Notes under the pieces: model-generated
What the model was told of the DNA's origin: nothing
Databases searched by the model: none
What the model saw: only the letters and a program-made list of their open reading frames with translations
Source of the DNA: Takakia lepidozioides
Lineage: Eukaryota > Plantae > Bryophyta
Reading direction: 5' to 3'
NCBI GenBank assembly: GCA_030704615.1
Contig: CM060732.1
Span: 39,122,001 to 39,186,000, forward strand
Length of the DNA: 64,000 nucleotides
Part shown: positions 62,623 to 64,000 of the stretch, piece by piece
Layout: each line of letters opens with the position of its first letter
How positions within the stretch are numbered: position 1 is the stretch's first letter
Translations under genes and position numbers: made by a program

Positions 62623-63858
62623 TTAAGAATGTTTCCGTGAAGAGAAAGCCAATCTGGCGTTCTTGATGACATCCTTTTCTACAGCTGCAACGTTTTCTGG
62701 AATTACAGGCAACAGCAGCCTTGAATGGAGGGTGTCCACAGGAAGCCAATTCATTGAACTGGCTGCATAGAACAAAGGGCCCCAGCAGTCGGCACGGTCA
62801 TACTCCGGATTAGAGGAATGGAAGTGAACCCATACAGTGCTAGAATCCAGCTCTGCACAAATTGTACACACGTAAATGACAGACTGGAGCTCCAACCACC
62901 CAATGACCACAACTGAAGCACTCTTGGGCCAAAGTTTTTTATCAAAGGGCTGGCCCACATCCCTGGTGGAGAAGACCTGGTTTCAATTGAGAAAGCAGCC
63001 TAGAGAGAATTGTAAGCCAAAGCCAAGCAGCTTTCCCCATTTGGCAACCGTCTATATTAGATGAGGTATGCTATCCTTGAGCACTAAGTTGGTGACTGTT
63101 TATTCAAGCAAAGGAGCAGAGATTCTGCATAGCCCTTTCTTATCCATATACAACACTGAAGTAAATAGGATTCAAGACTGGAATAAGGACCTGGGTATTT
63201 TGTGAGCAGTGCCCCATCTCCATAACGAATTGCCTTTAGTACCTGTGTCATGAACGCAGGGTTTTGCTTAGAGGATGCTGTTCAGCAGACTGGTACTTGC
63301 CTTCTTAGTTCCTAGCAAAGACATGCCAATCTACACCACCAACAGCGATGGTTTGAGCATGAGACATCTTTTGCCGGGCGTTCAGTCTAGACAAAAATGG
63401 TGCATTCACAATTCAAAGCCCCTCAGAGTTGGTGAGACTACAATGCGTATGTCCATTATTTGCTGCCATACTTGAACTTTTGAAATTTGCCTCCAAAAGT
63501 GGGTTTCCATAGAGAAAAGTGGAAACTATACTTACTGGCTAGTCTCCTGTCCTTCATCTTGTTCAACTTACTAGGTGGTACACGTGGAGAACAGCTGTAC
63601 ATGACAGCAATCAACAATAAACTGAGTCCTTCTAGGTGATAATCAATACTGTTCGGTGTCCTACATGTGGACATAGCTAGTGGCCGAAAAACTAACCAGA
63701 GGCATTTCTTGCTGGAAAATACGGTTCCGCAGAGCTGCTGGGGCCAAGAGTATGTGCCCTCCACTCACATGGCAGTGAACATTAAGAGACAACCGCCCAT
63801 TTGCTCTCCACTCAGCCACAATTTCATCCCTCATCAGCTGTGTACACCATCCTGTCAG
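62623..63858 (-). CDS. SGR: STAY-GREEN family Mg-dechelatase, 5'-partial; exons 63858-63697, 63242-63191, 62852-62623
   Basis: The spliced peptide LTGWCTQLMRDEIVAEW...LSLNVHCHVSGGHILLAPAALRNRIFQQEMPL|VLKAIRYGDGALLTKYP|ELDSSTVWVHFHSSNPEYDRADCWGPL carries the SGR motifs RDEVVAEW, HCHxSG, VWVxFHS and CWGPL. Upstream exons lie beyond the window. Confidence 0.92.
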
Positions 63859-64000
63859 CTGATTCCACATCAAAGTCCACAGTTAGTAGAGGCAGAAGCA
63901 TTTCGCTCTCCAAAACTGTGCTTGACTCTCAAATAGTCCTCCAATCTTAGGATTCTGCATCATGTCAATGTAGGTGAAGATGACCAAGGCAATACATTCA

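Overview
Eukaryotic nuclear DNA with GT-AG introns, from a non-angiosperm land plant, most likely a bryophyte. This is inferred from an Orai homologue, an algal-type STAY-GREEN and a very regular PLS-class PPR gene. Two gene-dense blocks flank a ~14 kb repeat island. Block 1 (1-23.1 kb): CCT8 (partial), CYP98A, DPB4/POLE3, SKL2, MED19 and a PLS PPR gene whose DYW domain has been internally deleted and frameshifted. Island (24-38 kb): a ~4.9 kb foldback-like element whose inverted arms are arrays of ~30 palindromic ~50-bp units, two copies of a tRNA-derived SINE, a decayed Penelope-like ORF ending in TTTAGGG repeats, and a decayed repeat family with internal inversions. Block 2 (39.5-64 kb): PAM16, a third SINE copy, V-ATPase subunit D, an Orai-like channel with Gln at the E106 filter position, a MORN-repeat PIP5K and a partial SGR. 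Exon boundaries were derived by hand from splice sites and reading phase. Family assignments rest on recalled motifs, not database searches.
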